64,000 nucleotides of DNA from Savitreella phatthalungensis (taxonomy: Eukaryota). A program made the translations under genes and the position numbers. Under the pieces are notes generated by a model, which saw only the letters and a list, made by a program, of their open reading frames with translations, was not told the origin of the DNA and searched no databases. The stretch lies in contig AP039696.1 in assembly GCA_051599415.1 (NCBI GenBank), positions 372,001 to 436,000 of the forward strand, read 5' to 3'. Shown here one piece after another: positions 44,450 through 56,938 of the stretch. How positions within the stretch are numbered: the stretch's first letter is position 1; each line of letters opens with the position of its first letter.

Positions 44450-45236
44450 GACGTTGAGGCCTGCGATGGCTCCTGCGTCCTTTGTCGCAGTACGCTGGGA
44501 GTCGGAGAAGTAAGCTGGCACGGTGACGACGGCCTTCTCGACCTTCTTCGACAGCTTCGTCTCTGCGATCTCCTTCATCTTGACGAGGACCATGGCGGAG
44601 ATCTCCTGAGGGGTGAACTGCTTCTTGTCACCCAGGTACTCGACCTCGATCTGGGGCTGGCCCTCGACGTCGACGACGGTGAATGGCCAGACCTTGACGT
44701 CCTTCTTGACCTCGGGGTCGTCGAAGCGGCGTCCGATCAGACGCTTTGCGTCAAAGACGGTGTTGCGCGGGTTCATCGCAGCCTGATTCTTTGCAGAGTC
44801 ACCGACGAGACGCTCCTCCTCGGTGAAGGCGACGTAGGAAGGTGTTGTGCGGTTACCCTGGTCGTTGGCGATGATCTCGACGTTAGGCGAGTCATCGGTC
44901 CAGACGGCGCAGCACGAGTAGGTCGTGCCGAGGTCAATGCCCTGATACAGGTTAGTATTCCTAGAGGTTCATCTGTGATATAGTAGCCTCCAATCATGAT
45001 CATCTTTTCGGAAGCAAGGTACCGTGAGCGGGACTCTCGAGAGGCTCATGAGTTGTACAACGGAGGCGGCATCTGGTGGATATCGCGCAAGTAGAAAGGC
45101 CAGTCCGGCGTGTACAGCATCATAGAGCTCACAGCTTGAGGGATAAGTTTGTCCGCCCGGCCGATATCCTCGTTGATGGATGATGGGTAGTGGTAGATGG
45201 ACTTACGATGGCGCCGTTGTAAGTTGTGTCAGCCAT
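43124..45236 (-). CDS. SSB1: Ribosome-associated Hsp70 of the SSB/Sks2 class; exons 45236-45207 and 44941-43124
   Basis: Exon 1 [10 protein letters not shown], intron 45206-44942 (GTAAGT..ACTAAC..CAG), then [13 protein letters not shown]-type LSLGVAMEG and KKRTFTTV; ends TKAFANLR without EEVD. Confidence 0.96.
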
Positions 45237-46155
45237 GGTGATGGTCTGTGTGAGGTACCTAGATTGTGAAGAGGAACTTTCTTCTAGAGTGAAGAGTCTC
45301 AGAGTGGGTGGCAGAGAGGATCAGAGATTGAGTGAGAGAGAGAATAGGGAGTGCGTAACCTCGGTGATGCCGGAGGAGAGACCGAGCGAGTGAAGCGAGT
45401 GAGTAAGTGACTGACTGGCTGTTCCTCGCCGCTGCCTGGACACTCAGTCAGGGAGTGAGTGTATCAGACGGAGAGACACACAGACAGAGAGACAGACAGA
45501 GAGACAGACAGAGACAGTCTCTCTCTGGGTGATTGAGGGATACAGTGCAGTGAGTAGGCAGGTGGATAGTGAGAGAGTGAGAGAGTGAGAGGAGGATGAT
45601 ACTGCAGTGTAGACTACAGGTGGTAGAGCTAGTAGGAGGTTGAGCCCGTGCCCTATGGAAATCCGCATCTACTAAGGCACTACCTATCTAATTCTTTCTT
45701 TTATCTCATTCTGAGTTTCTCCAATTCTGAAAGTCCTATGATTTGATCAACTGAACATTTTGAAAATAAAAAATTTGTTTGACCCTGAACGCCACACTTA
45801 CTCTCTTGTCTTCTGGACCGTGAGAAGCTCTTTCATCGTGGCGTCAACCTCAGAAATCTGAGATCTAATTCATTCAACATCTGAACATCATCATCTCCCG
45901 AGTGGAATGATCCTCGTGCTTCCCATCTCATGCTGATGCACAGACCACATAAAATTACAGATTCTCAATTCGTGGCTAGAGATATGTATCTATGTGGCTA
46001 GTGCAACGTCATCGACCCAGACCCAGACCGAGCCAAAGCCAGCCAACCTGTCACATGCATCTGAAGTAATCACACCCTCAACAAGCATCTTCTGTTGACC
46101 TCATCATCATCACACCCTAATACACTATCCCACACTACAATTGGAGGCTCTAAGG

Positions 46156-46425
46156 ATGGCCGGTGGCAATCTGGAGTTATTCAAGTTTGGATTCTACGTT
46201 GCGTTTCCGATATGGTCGATGTATTACTTTGGGTCGTATGATTTCTGGGAGAAGCATGTGAAGGACTTACACTTCTGGCCTGCTGAGGAGAAGACGAATC
46301 GGTTGCCTGTGGAGCGTGAGGATATAAGGGCTGCGTTGGAGGACTTGAAGCGCGATCGATTGGAACAGCAGTACCGGCGGCGGTTGGTAAAGCAGCAGGC
46401 TGATACTGGAGATCGCGATACTTGA
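46156..46425 (+). CDS. PET100: Cytochrome c oxidase assembly factor Pet100
   Basis: MAGGNLELFKFGFYVAFPIWSMYYFG, then FWP....NRLP.ER coiled segment; ATG at 46156. Confidence 0.9.
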   Translation: MAGGNLELFKFGFYVAFPIWSMYYFGSYDFWEKHVKDLHFWPAEEKTNRLPVEREDIRAALEDLKRDRLEQQYRRRLVKQQADTGDRDT

Positions 46426-46533
46426 AAAAAAGGAAACATCATCAAAAAGTCCAGACAGCTAAGTGATGAGACCCTTAGATCTGGACGGAGTAACGCACAT
46501 GAACGCCCTCATTGTACAGTACAAATCGTTGAT

Positions 46534-46537
<4 letters not shown>

Positions 46538-46614
<77 letters not shown>
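46538..46614 (+). repeat. Long perfect (TC)n microsatellite (about 38 units) between the converging PET100 and MYO1 3' ends
   Basis: Uninterrupted tctc run. Confidence 0.97.
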
Positions 46615-46622
<8 letters not shown>

Positions 46623-46646
46623 TGCTCTCCTCTCTTTGCCGAAGGT

Positions 46647-49600
46647 CTACCAGTCGTCGTCATCCTCATTTCCATTGACAGCTTGATGACGTGATTTCAG
46701 TGCCGCTGCTAGACCATTCAGATTGTTGGTTTGTGTTGACTGGTCTGGTTGTGGTGCTGCTGGAGCTGCTTTGCGACCTGCTCCTGCAGCGGGTGGCGGT
46801 GGTGGCGCGCTACGTTTCGGTAGTTCCTCCTTGACGTAGTTCTCAGGAACCCAGCCTTGTCGACCGTCCTTCTCACCCAGCCACCAACCATTTCCTTCGC
46901 CCTTCTGCACGATGTCCAGGATATCGCCAGCCTTGAGCGACAGCTCCCCTGACGTCTGTCCGTTGAAGTCGTACAGCGCCACGTAGATCGGTTTGACAGG
47001 CGCGGCCTTGGCCGCAGGCGGAGGTGGCGGAGGTGGAGCGCGTGAGGTTGATGTTGGTTTCTTCGCCGCAACGACAGGCGTAGACTGCTGCTGTTGCTGC
47101 TGCTGCGGCTGAGCTTGCGAGATTGTCATGCCCGACAACGGAGCAGCCAGGCCATTGCCATTCGTTGCGCCCATCGCAGATCGGGCTGCTGAAGCTGCAA
47201 GGTTGCCTCCAGCTGCAGGAGGTACAGGGGCTGGGGCGCGCTTGACCGCTGACGTCTGGACGGCGGCCACAGCAGGTTTTGGAGCCGGCGCGCGTGATGT
47301 CGCGACAGGCTTTGGCTTCCTTGCGGCTGAGACCGAGGAAGGTTCACTCGACATTCCCTTCTTGCGCGGGAATGGCCGCGAAACGCTGTTCGCTGGCTCA
47401 CCGGTCGGCACATGCACCGTGCCGGACTTGTAAAGGTCGTCGCGCTTGATGGACTCGTCTTTCTGGAACTTGACAGTTGTCATCTTACCTGGCTTCTTCG
47501 CATATTCGACAGTTGGGCCAATCTTGAGCTCAATACCACGGTTCAAGCGCCTCATGATGACTGCAAGCTCAGTCTTGAGAGGACAGGTGAAGAACGGGTC
47601 GGGGTATTGCGAGTCGCCGACATTGAAGGCCACCCAGTCATCGCGCAGATTTGACATGCACATCGAGCGGATGCGACCGTGCGGAATACCACGCTCAATC
47701 ATCAGGTTCAGCTGACCACCATTCTGTGTGGCGACGACCATATAGACGCTCTTGTCGGTCACGATTAGTGTACGTGGACTGAGCTTGGAGGATCTGCCGA
47801 GCTTGGCGACCAGGGTCTCTACACGACAGCTGAAAACAACGTGCTCGCCTGCTGGAATGTTCGCAGCCCGACGGACGACAGCGCCGGGTCCAGTTGGAGA
47901 TCCGCTACCCAGGTAATCACCCATGAACTTGCGGGAACCGAGCAGCGACATGCGCCGACGCTCTTTCCGTCCTCCGAGCAAGTTGTGTCCTTCATCACGC
48001 AGCTTGAGGTAGTCCAGATTGATCTTGTCCTTACGCCACAGCCTCTGGATTTTGATTGCTGCTTGCTCGCGCCTGCGCAGGTACGCTCGCCATGCACGCT
48101 GGATGCGTCTTGCCATATTGTGCCAGAACTGATCGCGCATACTCTCGAGTGCGAATAGGGTTTCTGGCGACTTGATGAAGACCTTTGATGTTCCTAACTG
48201 GTACTCTTCCACGGGGATCAATGCATCCTTCAGCACGTGCCGCACGCCGCTCTTCGCATCACCCTGCCAGATGTAGTCTCCTGCATATCCTGTCTTCGGT
48301 GAAAGCAGGTAGAAGCGCTCGACAAACTTCTCGAAAGTCTGACGGTAGGCGAAGCCTGCGCGTCGGATTCTGACGTTCTCCTGCAGACCGAGATACTTGA
48401 CCTGATGAAGAACGTTGGCGTTGTTGAATTCTGTGGGAGATTTGTTCTCGTTCGGCTTGATGGTACGAATGTACGACGGCTGGCACTGCATGAGCGTGTT
48501 GACAAGGTCGTTGGCTGATGACTTGATCTTGTCGCCTGCTGTCGGTGGTCTGCGCTTGTTGTCAGTGTCGATCTGCTCTGGGAAGATTGTCTGCAGGAAC
48601 TGATTGTTGGAAGTCTTCACGAGAAGCAGTAGATCCTTTAGCAGCTGGTCCTTGTTCTTATCAGTCAAGCCCTGGACGGCGTACATGACGTCTCCGGCGT
48701 AGTGCTTGACGAGGAATTGACCCTGGCGCTGCTCGAAGTGCGGATTCTGCGCAAGCATGCCCAGTCGTTGCGAGAAAGATTGGTCAGCGGCGGCAGGATC
48801 TGCATGTGCGGTGGCGATTGAGTCGTTCAATGCGGCGAAGATGCCAGGAGGGCGCTTTTCCTCAATCAGATCACACACAATCTTGTTGTTGAAGTAGTCG
48901 ATCGGTGTCCATTTGATCTGCTCGCGGACATATTCTTCCTGCTCAGTCTTGAGGGTGAGCTGAATGAAGATCTGCTGCAGCTTCTCGTTGACGTAATTGA
49001 TACAGAGCTGTTCGAAAGAGTTGCGCTCGAAGATTTCGAATCCGTAGATGTCCAAGATACCGATCGACGGGCCGGACGAGTCGCCTTGGATGGCCATGGA
49101 CTGGTTGACACGTGCGATGATCCAGTCAAACAAGTTGCTGTATAGACCTTTTGCAAGTGCGTCTCGCTGCGCGGTTGCCTGTGCACGGTTCAAGGGAACC
49201 TCATAGGCTGAGCCACGACGACCTCCTCGAGCGGTCTCGATGAGCCGGGTTGTGATGGCCTTCTCTACTCCTGCTGCATCGACCTCCATTAGGTATGCGA
49301 CAAAGTTGGTGACATTTGGATCGGTAATCTCGGCGTTGCCGTCTGCATTCTCCTTGAATTGCATGTTGCCGAGCCAAAGAATCGTGGAAATGACCCGGAA
49401 GATCTCATCCTGCTCGGCCTGCGTCAGGCCGATGACATCCATTGCCTCGAGCGTGCCAGCAAATTCCTGCTTATCATCCATGCCCGGTACGTCGAGCGCA
49501 CCGGCTTTGGAAGTGTACAGGTACGATTCTGGACCCTGAATGCCGAAGTTCTCGCGGTGATGCTGCTTGGCAGCTTTCGTGAACTGGTAGAAGATGTGGA

Positions 49601-50306
49601 AATTGCGCTCCTGCTTGATCTGGTTGACGACTCTACCCTTCTCTAGCAGATAGTTGGTGACATGGGCTCCCATCGGCTCACCGCGTGTGTTGAACTGGAT
49701 CTGAAGATATTTGCCGTGGCGGGAGGAATTGTTGTTGCGCAGGGTCTTTGCACAACCGAATGATTCGAGCAGAGGGTTCGTGGCGAGCACCATGTCCTTG
49801 ACTCGCTGAATTTGTGAGTCTCGACCGCCAGAGACGTTAGCGATATACTGCATGATGCGTTTTGCAGCTTCTGTCTTTCCTGCGCCGGACTCACCAGAGA
49901 TGATGATACACTGGTTCTCATTGTAGCTCTTCATGGAGTAGTAGGCAGATTCTGCGATCGCGAAGACGTGCGGGCTCATCTCGAGTCTGTTCTTGTTGCG
50001 ATATGATTGGAGAACCGCATCAGTGTAGATGCCGAGGTCGCGGAATGGGTTCACACTGATGAGGACGTGGCCGATATAGGTGTAAATCTCGCGGTTCTCA
50101 AACCGCACACGAAGGTTGTCATTGATGGCCTCGTTGGAGATCTTTGAGAGGAGGCAGAGATCGTCTACGCCGACGGTCTTCTTTTTTGTGGATTCGTAGA
50201 CCGCCTTTTTTACGACATGACCACCTGCTTGGGCGGCAGAAGGATCTGCTACGGGTCCGCTGCGGCCAAGACCTTTCGTCCTCTGCTTGCTCTTGCCTGG
50301 CGCCAT
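46647..50306 (-). CDS. MYO1: Class I myosin (motor, IQ, TH1, Pro-rich region, SH3, acidic tail)
   Basis: [27 protein letters not shown]-site RRGS, SH3 ALYDF..GWW..GWVPENY, terminal EDDDDW Arp2/3-binding motif. Confidence 0.98.
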   Translation of the reverse strand: MAPGKSKQRTKGLGRSGPVADPSAAQAGGHVVKKAVYESTKKKTVGVDDLCLLSKISNEAINDNLRVRFENREIYTYIGHVLISVNPFRDLGIYTDAVLQSYRNKNRLEMSPHVFAIAESAYYSMKSYNENQCIIISGESGAGKTEAAKRIMQYIANVSGGRDSQIQRVKDMVLATNPLLESFGCAKTLRNNNSSRHGKYLQIQFNTRGEPMGAHVTNYLLEKGRVVNQIKQERNFHIFYQFTKAAKQHHRENFGIQGPESYLYTSKAGALDVPGMDDKQEFAGTLEAMDVIGLTQAEQDEIFRVISTILWLGNMQFKENADGNAEITDPNVTNFVAYLMEVDAAGVEKAITTRLIETARGGRRGSAYEVPLNRAQATAQRDALAKGLYSNLFDWIIARVNQSMAIQGDSSGPSIGILDIYGFEIFERNSFEQLCINYVNEKLQQIFIQLTLKTEQEEYVREQIKWTPIDYFNNKIVCDLIEEKRPPGIFAALNDSIATAHADPAAADQSFSQRLGMLAQNPHFEQRQGQFLVKHYAGDVMYAVQGLTDKNKDQLLKDLLLLVKTSNNQFLQTIFPEQIDTDNKRRPPTAGDKIKSSANDLVNTLMQCQPSYIRTIKPNENKSPTEFNNANVLHQVKYLGLQENVRIRRAGFAYRQTFEKFVERFYLLSPKTGYAGDYIWQGDAKSGVRHVLKDALIPVEEYQLGTSKVFIKSPETLFALESMRDQFWHNMARRIQRAWRAYLRRREQAAIKIQRLWRKDKINLDYLKLRDEGHNLLGGRKERRRMSLLGSRKFMGDYLGSGSPTGPGAVVRRAANIPAGEHVVFSCRVETLVAKLGRSSKLSPRTLIVTDKSVYMVVATQNGGQLNLMIERGIPHGRIRSMCMSNLRDDWVAFNVGDSQYPDPFFTCPLKTELAVIMRRLNRGIELKIGPTVEYAKKPGKMTTVKFQKDESIKRDDLYKSGTVHVPTGEPANSVSRPFPRKKGMSSEPSSVSAARKPKPVATSRAPAPKPAVAAVQTSAVKRAPAPVPPAAGGNLAASAARSAMGATNGNGLAAPLSGMTISQAQPQQQQQQQSTPVVAAKKPTSTSRAPPPPPPPAAKAAPVKPIYVALYDFNGQTSGELSLKAGDILDIVQKGEGNGWWLGEKDGRQGWVPENYVKEELPKRSAPPPPPAAGAGRKAAPAAPQPDQSTQTNNLNGLAAALKSRHQAVNGNEDDDDW

Positions 50307-52841
50307 GACGATGATGCACGCGTCGACTGTGGGGGATCAAATGAGGAGCCCAGTTGATGGAGCTGCTCCCTGCTGAGCTGATAGAACTTGCCAAAGACGA
50401 GCAAGAGAAGGAGAAGGGAAAGGCGGTTCGGAGATTTTGTTAGAGGCTTTGCAACGAGGTATACAAGGAATACAGGAAGGTGTGACGTGTCTGGTCAGGA
50501 TAAACACTTTTTCCTCCTGGAAGATGAAAGAGAGATGAAAGAGATTGGATGTGTAGAGTTAGTTGAGTGGTGTCGCTGATTTGCTCCAGAGCGTTTGGGG
50601 TGGTGTAGTATTGCCAAGACGTATGGCTGCGCGCGAGATGGGAGTGTGTATGAGCGCATATTGATACTTACGAAAGAGTGGTAGAGTGAGTGGTGGAGGG
50701 AAAGTTAGGGATGCACGCTCCTGTGCTTAACTTTCTCTGCAGAATTTATCAAAGATGTTTTGCGCGGATTGAAGGCTGCCTGATAGAATGGATATATTCA
50801 TAATTAAATGTTCATATTCAGAGCGAGTCATTGACTGATGGTTGAATGATGCATGGATGATGATGACGATGCGGCTGAACTGTCCATTTCGAATCAATTT
50901 CCTTCTCCAGTCTTGCCTTTGAACGCTAGTCAAGGGTATTTCTGACTGTTTGACTTTGGTGGGCTATAATGCAGTCATGTGGCCGATGGAGACAGTCTAC
51001 CTCAGGTCGGAAAAGTGGGAGAATACTGCTAGGGTGACGGGAAGACATGTCAACCTAGTCGGAGTATAGCAGTAGAGCCAGCCTGCTCCCGCTCTACTCG
51101 GAGCATGGTGGCTTTCCTGGGCTCAATACACTAAATAGAATCGGTGAGTAGTAAGAAGTAGGCTGACGAAGGTGAGACTGGGCAGGGTTGTCTATGCAGA
51201 AATCATTCTAGGTGCGAATAATGTGTTTCCCTCTTCCTCCATATTCCTGTTCCACCTATTTTATTCAGCTCGGGTGAATTTGCACAATTATCTAGGAAAC
51301 ATCGCAAGTTCCCTTCTCTACAGGTAGAAAATCTTATGCAACTTGGAAACTCATATTTTTGTAATCGACGTCACCTTCCGCGGACTCATCTTCACGTACC
51401 CACACATGTAATACTCCCCAGTCGACGGTACTCATACACGTGAGCAAACGTACCTACGAACATGCTTCAACCAGCAAACTGAGATTCATCGCGTCGAAGG
51501 GTCACTCTCGGAGACTCATCCATAAGGTGCAGTGCATGCATTTATACAGCACAGTCCTCCCTGAAACCACTTCACGTGTTGCAAGAGCTCAGCTAAAGAA
51601 ATCTACCTCACTCGTGCTCGCGCCCGTGCTCAACAAGCAATCCATAATGCAGCTACTTTTTGCAATCGATTGATGCATTTGTCTCATGATTGTTTGATGG
51701 AGCTCCCGCAGTCGAGTTCCAAACATCTCATGACCAGCACTCTCACGCGACCTTCCTTCGACGGATCATCACACGTCCATTCAAGCTACAGGTCGGTAAC
51801 CTTCACACACACCCCTGACGAGTGATTAGATTCTTTGAGTATGGACCAGATCGATCAGTCGCTTCACTTTCGATCCTCTTTCGATTCTCGCACCGATGAT
51901 CCCCTCAGTTCTGTTTCCTGTCTGACTGAGATTCCCATCTCTTCTCTTCTTGTCGCTCGTCTTGGCTGAACAACCCTAGTAACTATTACATTACCATGAA
52001 CCCCCACGCGCGATGTTCCAATCCCTGCAGTTGATCTCCATCCAATCTAGTCTAGGTTCGGCTGTCCCGATCGATCAAAAGCAAGAGTCTGCTAACCATC
52101 ATCTCCAACCACTTGACCTACCTCTGATTCACTTGAATTTGGTTCATCTGATGTGCAATTTGAACTGCAGGATACACAGATTAGGGATTATCTAGAATCA
52201 GTCGGGATACCCATCATAAATCTGAGCCAGTACAGCAATTCGACTTCTACACAGCGGATCACTCAAGTCAAACCCACTGAACAGACGCACCAGACCGTTC
52301 ACCCTGTCCCGGAGATAAGGAGCAAGCGCAGAGGGTTCACAGGGCGCTAAACGATAACCCAACCGGGTAAGGATGAAGACATGTCAACCCGCGTCAATAC
52401 TTCCTCTCAGTGGATGCGCCTGAACCTATTGCCTGTAAAGATCCAAATGTGGACTTGCTAGAAAGAAAGGAGATCAATCGAGTGGGATTCAGTATGATGC
52501 CTGCGACCTGCACATGCTTCTTCACATATGGACCACAATCTGTTGAAACAATCGGACACTCAGTCGTGTATCTGTCATCATTATCTGCATCAGCTGTAAC
52601 AGGAAATTGACCTCGAATGCAAACAGAATAATCACTCACATACCTTCCACAACCCTCCTCTACCTACTCACCTACACGCCTACAACCCCACTCGCGCACC
52701 TCTCTTGAAAAGCTCAGTGACGGAACTCAACAATCATCCTCAGCCGCTTTTACACGCTCATTGCCCGAGCACAGCATCTACAAGTCCGTCTGCATTCCTC
52801 ATTTCAACTTTGATCCCTGGATCGTTTTCGACACTTTCACC

Positions 52842-54434
52842 ATGACAATGCCAGATGTCTCCGCTGAGCTTGCTGCCTTCGAGCCACCTGCACGTGAGGC
52901 AAGAACATCCGTGCCCAAGGCCAAGGATATGACCCATCATCTGAGTGAAGAGTCAAAAGCTCGGCGGCCATCGCCCTTGAAAGAGGCAAGTCTGTACCTG
53001 AAGAATCCGAATCTCCTAAGTCTCGGTGGCGGACTACCATCGCCAAGCTCATTCCCATTCAACGCTGTCTCTGCGGACGTGCCTGCACCAGGCCTCTGGA
53101 ACACAGACGTTCACAACACCATCACCATCCCACGATTTGCAGACAATGCCGATGACACACTCGAGCTCGCAAGATACTTACAGTACGGCCAGGGTTCAGG
53201 TCAGACTGCCCTTCTGGATTTCATGACAGAGCACACGCGGATTGTCCACAACCCACAGTATGAGGACTGGTCTTGCATGATGACTGCTGGCAACACGCAC
53301 GCGATCGACACGGTCTTCCGGATGTTTCTGAACCGTGGCGAGTACTTCTTCATCGAGGAGTTCTCATTCCCGTCGGTGTACGAGTGTGCGCACCCGCAGG
53401 GCCTGCTACCGATCCCCTTGAAGCTGGACGACGAGGGCATCATGCCTGAGTACTTCGAGTCTGTTCTATCCGGGTGGGACCCGTCCGCCCGCGGTGGAGC
53501 AAACCGCCCACACGTCCTTTACACCATCCCGACAGGTCAAAACCCCACAGGTGCAAACGCTTCGCTCGAGCGCCGTCGAGCGATCCTCGACATCTGCAGC
53601 CGCTACGACATCCTCCTAATCGAGGACGACCCATACTACTTCCTCTTCATGGACAAATTCGACCTCTCCATCCCACTCCCGTCCTCCCACCTCGACCTCG
53701 ACGGCCCGACAAACGCAGCGGACTTCCTAGCGTCACTCCCGCCATCGTACCTGTCGCTGGATGTCGAGGGGCGGGTTGTGCGGTTGGATTCTCTGTCGAA
53801 GGTGCTTGCTCCTGGTCTGCGGTGTGGTTGGCTGAGCGGGAGCAATGCGCTGATGGAGCGGGCGCTGCGAAGCAACGAGGTCGGTATCCAGGCCCCCTCC
53901 GGTCTCGCTCAGGCCTTCGTGCTCCGGATGTGGCGTCTTTGGGGCCACCACGGCTACCTCCACTGGCTCGCCAACCTCCGCAAATCATACACACTCAGGC
54001 GCAACGCCCTCCTCCACGCCATCCACAAACACCTCCCCCCAACCATCGCCTCATTCACACCACCACACGCAGGCATGTTCGTCTGGATCCACCTCGATCA
54101 CCTCAAGCATCCACACTACCCGGCCAAATCAGTCGCTCAGCTTGAGAAGGAGATTTTCATGCGTTGTGTGATGGAGGATGAGGTGTTGGTAGCTCAGGGT
54201 TCGTGGTTTATTATTCGGGAGGCAGGGGATACGGGTGATTTGCCTGGTTTGTTTTTCAGAGCGACGTTTGCAGCGGCGCCGCTCGATAAGATGGATGAGG
54301 CCATGAGGAGATTCGGTCGTGCTATCACCAAAGCATTCGCTCTCACATCTACAGACACACCAACAACATCAGCACCACACACTGTCACTCAGGAGTGTGC
54401 ACAGACTCACGCAAGCGACCCTGTAGGTCCATAA
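52842..54434 (+). CDS. ARO8: PLP-dependent aromatic / 2-aminoadipate aminotransferase
   Basis: ATG at 52842; SLGGGLP, LQYG, PTGQNPTG, EDDPY, DSLSKVLAPGLRCGW (PLP Lys), GMFVW, FFRATF. Confidence 0.93.
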   Translation: MTMPDVSAELAAFEPPAREARTSVPKAKDMTHHLSEESKARRPSPLKEASLYLKNPNLLSLGGGLPSPSSFPFNAVSADVPAPGLWNTDVHNTITIPRFADNADDTLELARYLQYGQGSGQTALLDFMTEHTRIVHNPQYEDWSCMMTAGNTHAIDTVFRMFLNRGEYFFIEEFSFPSVYECAHPQGLLPIPLKLDDEGIMPEYFESVLSGWDPSARGGANRPHVLYTIPTGQNPTGANASLERRRAILDICSRYDILLIEDDPYYFLFMDKFDLSIPLPSSHLDLDGPTNAADFLASLPPSYLSLDVEGRVVRLDSLSKVLAPGLRCGWLSGSNALMERALRSNEVGIQAPSGLAQAFVLRMWRLWGHHGYLHWLANLRKSYTLRRNALLHAIHKHLPPTIASFTPPHAGMFVWIHLDHLKHPHYPAKSVAQLEKEIFMRCVMEDEVLVAQGSWFIIREAGDTGDLPGLFFRATFAAAPLDKMDEAMRRFGRAITKAFALTSTDTPTTSAPHTVTQECAQTHASDPVGP

Positions 54435-54511
54435 GTAGAATCTACTTCTCTTCCCATCATATTTTTATCGCTTAATGCTAATAAAAAAGCTAAAGCTAAC
54501 GCTAACGCTAC

Positions 54512-56293
54512 CTATGCCTTGCGTGAGCGCACAGTGGTCTTCTCGTCTGTGAGAGGAGTCGCAGAAACGGTGGCTTCTCCTGGTGCTGGATTGCCAGCGA
54601 GTGGTGAGGTTGCGGCGTCGTTTGATTTGAGAGTGACTGAGGTCTTGCCATTTGTGACTTGTTTTTTGTTCTGGGTTGACGATGATGATGCTGCCTTGGC
54701 TGCGGTGCCGCCAATCAGGCCGAGGGTGGAGAGGAGGACGAGGAGGAGGGTGACGAGGGCTGCGATGAGCGCTCCAGCTGTCTCCGGCATCGTCTTGGCG
54801 GCGTGGATCGGGTCGACTTGGGCGATCGACACGAATCGGAGCACTTGCTGCTTCAGGAAGCCGATCTTGTTCGTCTCCCATCGAGGGAACAGGTCGTCGT
54901 AGTTCTTCTGCGCAGCTTCGGAAGCCTTGGCGGTCGTGGCGTTGTCCTCAGCCTCCTCGACAACGAACTTAGCCTTCCAGTCCTTTGCGAGCTCGGATGC
55001 GTCAGACTCCTCGTGAGACACCACAATGTTGTCAAACAGGATGTCTGCCTGCATCGTCCAGAGCTCGAAACCGAGACCCTCCATGGGCTCGAAATTTGCT
55101 GGTTTCTTGTCCTCGAAGTACGAAGGGTTGTTGATCTTTCGTGGAGCCCAGACGCCCTTGTACAGCGGGTTGTCGATCTTTGGTGCAAACCACTTGCCCT
55201 TGTAGTCCGGGTTGCGCTTGAGTGGGCGCTTCCATGGGCCGCAGCCGGCGTCAGGGCCAACGCACTTCGGGTTGTCAATCTGGGGAGCTAGCCATGTGCC
55301 GTCCTCCTCGTCATCCCAGTCTGCAGGCTTGGCCGCGTCAGGGTCAGCAATCGTCGCAGGCTCGTCCTCGTGCCAGTTGGCAGGCATCTCAGCCTCGTTA
55401 TCTTCGATCTCAAGTGGTGCGTCCTCGTCCCAGTCTGCAGGCTTTGTGGCCTCAGGGTCGTCGATCTTTGCCTCGTCGACCCAGTCAGATGGCTTCTTGT
55501 CTTCGACGTCGTCGATCTCCTTGTCAGGATTGACTGCAGGGGTGAAGTCCTCGAGGAGTGAGCCCTTCTTGACTTCCTTGTCGTTGATCTTGATGGAGAA
55601 GGTCTGATCGGGCCTGACAATGAGAGTGTAGAGGGTCGAGATCTTGGAGATGCGTGCAACAGGAGGTGAACGCAAGTGCTTTTCCTCGTACTCGCCCGTG
55701 ACCGGGTTCTTGTGACGGAAGATGAAGTGGACCTTGTTGGTGGCGCCGCACTTGTCTGGACCGAACATGATGGTGTACGGGGTGTCGCCTGAAAACTCCT
55801 CGGCATTGATGCCGGTGGCCGACTTTGTGAGGAGCTTCAGGTACGCACCACCACACTCGAGACCCTTCTGCATCTTGACCTCGTATTGGAGGACGAGAGG
55901 CTTGTCCTTCGGGTCGATCACCTTGTCGAACTTTGCAGAAATGGCGTGCCTGCGAGCATCGTCCTTCAGCACTAGTCCCTCATCGCCCTCCATGCCCTTG
56001 AGCACGGTCGGTGCTTCCACTGCCCAGTTGCCGTTGTAGTTGAGCTCCTCTGTGCCGTCGACTGCGGTCTTCTGAGATGCAGACCAGCGGCTTGACCAAC
56101 CTGCATCTGCGAACTGCTCGACAAAGGGAGCTTTGACGGTGGTCGGGGTGAATGTCGGAAGCTCTACAGGTGCAGCTGGTGTGCTGGCATCCTGCTGACT
56201 TGCTGCTACAGGCTCGACGTTGATCTCGTCAGCTGCAGCTAGCTGACCAAGCTGCGAGACTGCTGCCAAAGAGAGCAGCGAGTAACGGAGCAT
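54512..56293 (-). CDS. CNX1: Calnexin
   Basis: ATG at 56293 with signal peptide; [24 protein letters not shown]-domain repeats, NP.YKG.W repeats, C-terminal TM and basic tail. Confidence 0.97.
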   Translation of the reverse strand: MLRYSLLSLAAVSQLGQLAAADEINVEPVAASQQDASTPAAPVELPTFTPTTVKAPFVEQFADAGWSSRWSASQKTAVDGTEELNYNGNWAVEAPTVLKGMEGDEGLVLKDDARRHAISAKFDKVIDPKDKPLVLQYEVKMQKGLECGGAYLKLLTKSATGINAEEFSGDTPYTIMFGPDKCGATNKVHFIFRHKNPVTGEYEEKHLRSPPVARISKISTLYTLIVRPDQTFSIKINDKEVKKGSLLEDFTPAVNPDKEIDDVEDKKPSDWVDEAKIDDPEATKPADWDEDAPLEIEDNEAEMPANWHEDEPATIADPDAAKPADWDDEEDGTWLAPQIDNPKCVGPDAGCGPWKRPLKRNPDYKGKWFAPKIDNPLYKGVWAPRKINNPSYFEDKKPANFEPMEGLGFELWTMQADILFDNIVVSHEESDASELAKDWKAKFVVEEAEDNATTAKASEAAQKNYDDLFPRWETNKIGFLKQQVLRFVSIAQVDPIHAAKTMPETAGALIAALVTLLLVLLSTLGLIGGTAAKAASSSSTQNKKQVTNGKTSVTLKSNDAATSPLAGNPAPGEATVSATPLTDEKTTVRSRKA

Positions 56294-56938
56294 CTTTGGG
56301 AGTTGTTCCGTGTCAAATGTGCGGATACAGTTCCAAATGCGAAGGTGGTGAACCTGATGAAGTGTAAGATGGTCACTGACGGGTCGTAGAGGTGAGTGGA
56401 ACGGTGTAGGTCGGTGTGAAGGTGTGTATAGAAGGTGGTTGTGGGTGTGGGTGTAGGTGTGGGTTAGTGTGGAATGTCTCAACGTGGCAGGATTGACATT
56501 GGCGTACGTTGGTTGATACAGTCGATCAGTTTAAGTGCATACGAGTGTACAGTTAGGTTTGAGCTTGGAACAGTATATGTACACGTGCTGACATTCAAGT
56601 GTATAAGATTGAGAGCAATTGAATAATTGTATTGATCGACAATTAATTGTGCACATACCTTCGATACTACAATCTATAATCTACACTGTACGCAGAATTG
56701 AGGGGAGATCTATATTTCGTGGCGCATTAATCTTATTGATCACAGAAGCGATTTAAGCTTCCGATCGGATCGGGGAGAAATTCTAAGAAACTTCTGAAAC
56801 ATTGAAACCGCTCAAAGAGCACCAGCCACACAGCTCTCGATGCACAAGTCCATACAATACATCGACGTTGCCTCAATAGGGTCTTTCCTTATCGCTACAT
56901 CAGTCAGTGGGCCAACTCGTTAGCTCATCTGGTCCGAT

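Noticed and set aside
45407..45413. HomolD-like CAGTCAC upstream of SSB and eIF4A
   Set aside because: Not the full CAGTCACA, embedded in CACT-rich tracts, and also present upstream of the unrelated MMSDH gene.
50400..52760. Short ORFs in long intergenic regions (also 2700-5600 and 60600-62050)
   Set aside because: No codon bias, domain motifs, transposase/RT fragments or terminal repeats; most likely promoter or UTR sequence.
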